64,000 bases of DNA from Chlorokybus atmophyticus. Lineage: Eukaryota; Plantae; Mesostigma and Chlorokybus algae. Where the stretch lies: assembly GCA_009103225.1 (NCBI GenBank), contig RHPI01002630.1, positions 1-64,000 of the forward strand, written 5' to 3'. Of this stretch, positions 61,701 to 64,000 are shown piece after piece (within the stretch, counting starts at the first letter, position 1; the number at the start of each line of letters is the position of its first letter). Under the pieces are notes generated by a model, which did not search any database, was not told the DNA's origin, and saw nothing but the letters and a program-made list of their open reading frames with translations. The position numbers were made by a program, and so were the translations under genes.

Positions 61701-64000
61701 GCTCAGTTGTGAACTTTAAGCCGTCCATGCTTCAATTCTTCAAGTCGCCTTCTGCCTCTTGCAAAACTTGCAACTTTCTCTTCAACTCTCGCCACAGCCT
61801 TCAAGTCTTCAAGTTGCCTTCTTTGCCTTTTGCCAAGCTTGCAACTTTCTCACACCAGTCTTTAAAGGCCTTCAGAGTCTTCAGAATCTTCAGAGTTTCA
61901 GTCTTTAATCTTCGAAGTCTTCAGAGTCTTCACGAAGCAACCACAGCTACACACACAATTGCAACACACTTCAACCTACACATGCATGCGTGGGCCCATA
62001 ACCTGTTGACATACACACGTTGACAAGCACATGCACATGGGTGACATGCTACATCACACACCACAGCTTATATTAAGGCAACAAGTCCGCGGGTCTTATA
62101 CCCGCCAGATTCTGCACCAGATACACACACTGCTGGTCTACAAGCCACACCGTACGACTTACTCAACCGAATCCTGTGCTGTAAGTTGCAACACGTAGCT
62201 AACTTCAAGATCTATCCAACAAGCTACTCCACGTGTCATTCGGCTTTGTATCCATCAAAATCCAACGGTTCTTGTAAGGCCTTGCTTTGCAGTCTGCTCG
62301 AACTCAGTCCGGAGTCATCGAGGTCCTCTTGTGTATTCCTTTGCAGAGGGCAAGCTGACCGGATGTAGGAATACCTTCAACACCTTCAACAGCTCGTGTC
62401 TGAGCTGTTTAGGCACTAGTGCATATGCCGTGCATCCAAACACACGCATACCACTCACATCTGGTGTGGCTCCATAGAAGTGCTCCCACGGAGTCTTCTG
62501 CTCTGAGCTCACCGGAGACCTGTTGCGGATGTAGTTGGCAGTGAGTACCGCCTCCTTCCACAAACTGTCTTCCATCTTTGTGTCGTTGAGCATGGCTCGA
62601 ACACGCTCCAAGAGTGTCCTGTTGAGGCGTTCAGCTGCTCCATTCTGCTGCGGGGTGTAGGGTGTCGTTGTCTCGTGGCGTATGCCCTTGCTGGCGAAGA
62701 ACTCCTTCAACTCCTTGTTGATGTACTCCCCTCCTCGATCACTCCTCATTGCCTTCATCTTGTTGCCAGACCGGGTCTCCAACAAGGCCACAACTGTGCG
62801 CACGGCTCCAACAACTTCTGACTTCAGTGTCAACGGAAAGATGACGGATAACTTGCTGCAGTCGTCGAGGAATGTAGCAAAATACCTGACCCCTCCCTTT
62901 GCCACAATGCGCATAGGGCCACAGACATCCATGTGCACAAGCTCGCAAGGATGCTGACTGCTAGAAGAGGATGATGGGAATGGCATAGCATGCTGCATTG
63001 CAACCAGGCATGGTTTACAAAGTGCACCTGATGCATTTTTGAGTTCTTCTGTGCTGAGATGGATGCCCTTGACCATCTTCTCAGCGACAAGGCGAGTGAG
63101 GTTGACGTAGCTGAGATGCCCGAACCTTCGATGCCACAATGTTGGCGACTCCTTGTCCTTCACCACCATGGCTTGAATGTCAATGTTCTGAGGGTGCTGC
63201 TCCACGTGGTGGAGCCCTCCCGGATCAGCGATTCCAACCATGTGCACGACCCCATCAAGGATGACTGTGCAGCCACCCTTCAGAAATAGGATCTCCGCGC
63301 CTAAGCGCTCCGCAACCCTCACAGAGAATAGACTCGCAATAGCCTTAGGGACATGCAGAACGTTGCGTAACAACACCTCGCGTAATGTGTTACCAACCTT
63401 GCACTGGAGTCGTACGTTGCCAACTCCCTCAGCCACCAGTACTTCACCACCGAAGCCCGCCACCTTGATTATGGACGTCAGCTTCTTGTAGCCCTCCATC
63501 ACCTCCATGTTTGATGTGAGATGACGATCGCAGCCAGAGTCCACCACCCAGAAAGCTGTGCCCGCCCTCGTATTGGATGTAGTGAAGGCGACATGTTTCT
63601 CCTTGTTTTTGTGCTCGTTGCCGCTGTTGCTGGTGCTTGCTCTAGGTTGCCCGTGTTGTTTCTTCCTACAGTCCTTCACAATGTGCCCCTTCCAACCACA
63701 CCAATGGCATGTGAGGTCTTTGTGACAAGGATTGCCTGGCTTGTTGCCCTTGTACTTCTCTTCATGGTTGCTCTTCTTTGCGTGCTTGCCGGTGTAGAAG
63801 GCGACGGCATCCGCTTGCTCGTCCTTCTTCACAACCCTCTGCTCCACGGTGAGCAGCTTCGGTAGCACATCGTCCAACGTCAACTCCGATGATGACGTCT
63901 CCAGCAGGGTTGCGACGACCTCGTACTCTGCTGGTAGCCCTGCAACAATGGCCAGCACTACCTCCGTCTCCCCCATGTTGTGGCCGACATTGATGAGGTC
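56923..64000 (-). mobile_element. Copia family A element (3' LTR at 56923 with solo-D insertion; RT; integrase split by element E; gag continues beyond the window)
   Basis: RT/RNase H 57800-59330, integrase C-terminus to 59731, integrase/protease/gag ORF 62315-63976 highly similar to 31187-33616. Confidence 0.93.
59732..62382 (-). mobile_element. Non-autonomous LTR element with gag + protease only (TR-GAG-like), inserted in the copia-A integrase
   Basis: 379-bp LTRs 59732-60110 and 62004-62382 (~5 differences). PBS GGTTATGGGCCCAC 62003-61990. PPT at 60111. Internal 1.9 kb has a frameshifted gag (LEVDNYSTWSVKM; CWNCGERGHFKYKC) and protease (WVLDSGAS) but no integrase, RT or RNase H motifs. 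TSD GCTTG/GCTCG, with an extra ccttcaaca after the right LTR. Confidence 0.88.

Overview
Eukaryotic, intron-containing, transposon-rich DNA. Compact GT/GC-AG introns and copia primer sites of the GGTTATGGG type suggest a chlorophyte green alga, but this is inference. The main result is a cluster of three loci in the first 25 kb that encode the EDS1-family EP domain without the lipase-like domain. (1) An 11-exon gene (~638-4339, +) that I spliced by hand into signal peptide / Cys-rich ectodomain / Pro-rich stalk / TM helix / SEFIR(TIR-like) / EP, i.e. a candidate surface receptor with SEFIR and EP fused in one chain. (2) An intronless TM-EP gene (19562-18825, -). (3) A decayed paralog of gene 1 (~25000-23990, -). 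A complete CACTA element (8400-17048, TSD TAT, tnpD in frame across the 8 exons checked) lies between loci 1 and 2. At 26.9-28.9 kb there is a decayed spliced gene fusing a Tudor domain to a phage-like C5 cytosine methyltransferase, on the same strand just downstream of an Academ-like transposase tail. The rest is a nest of mobile elements: Ty1/copia elements, a solo LTR, a TR-GAG-like non-autonomous element, a chromovirus fragment and a second, disrupted CACTA. A ~9.4 kb direct duplication flanks an N gap and is probably an assembly or haplotype artefact. All domain calls come from motif recognition by eye, not database searches.
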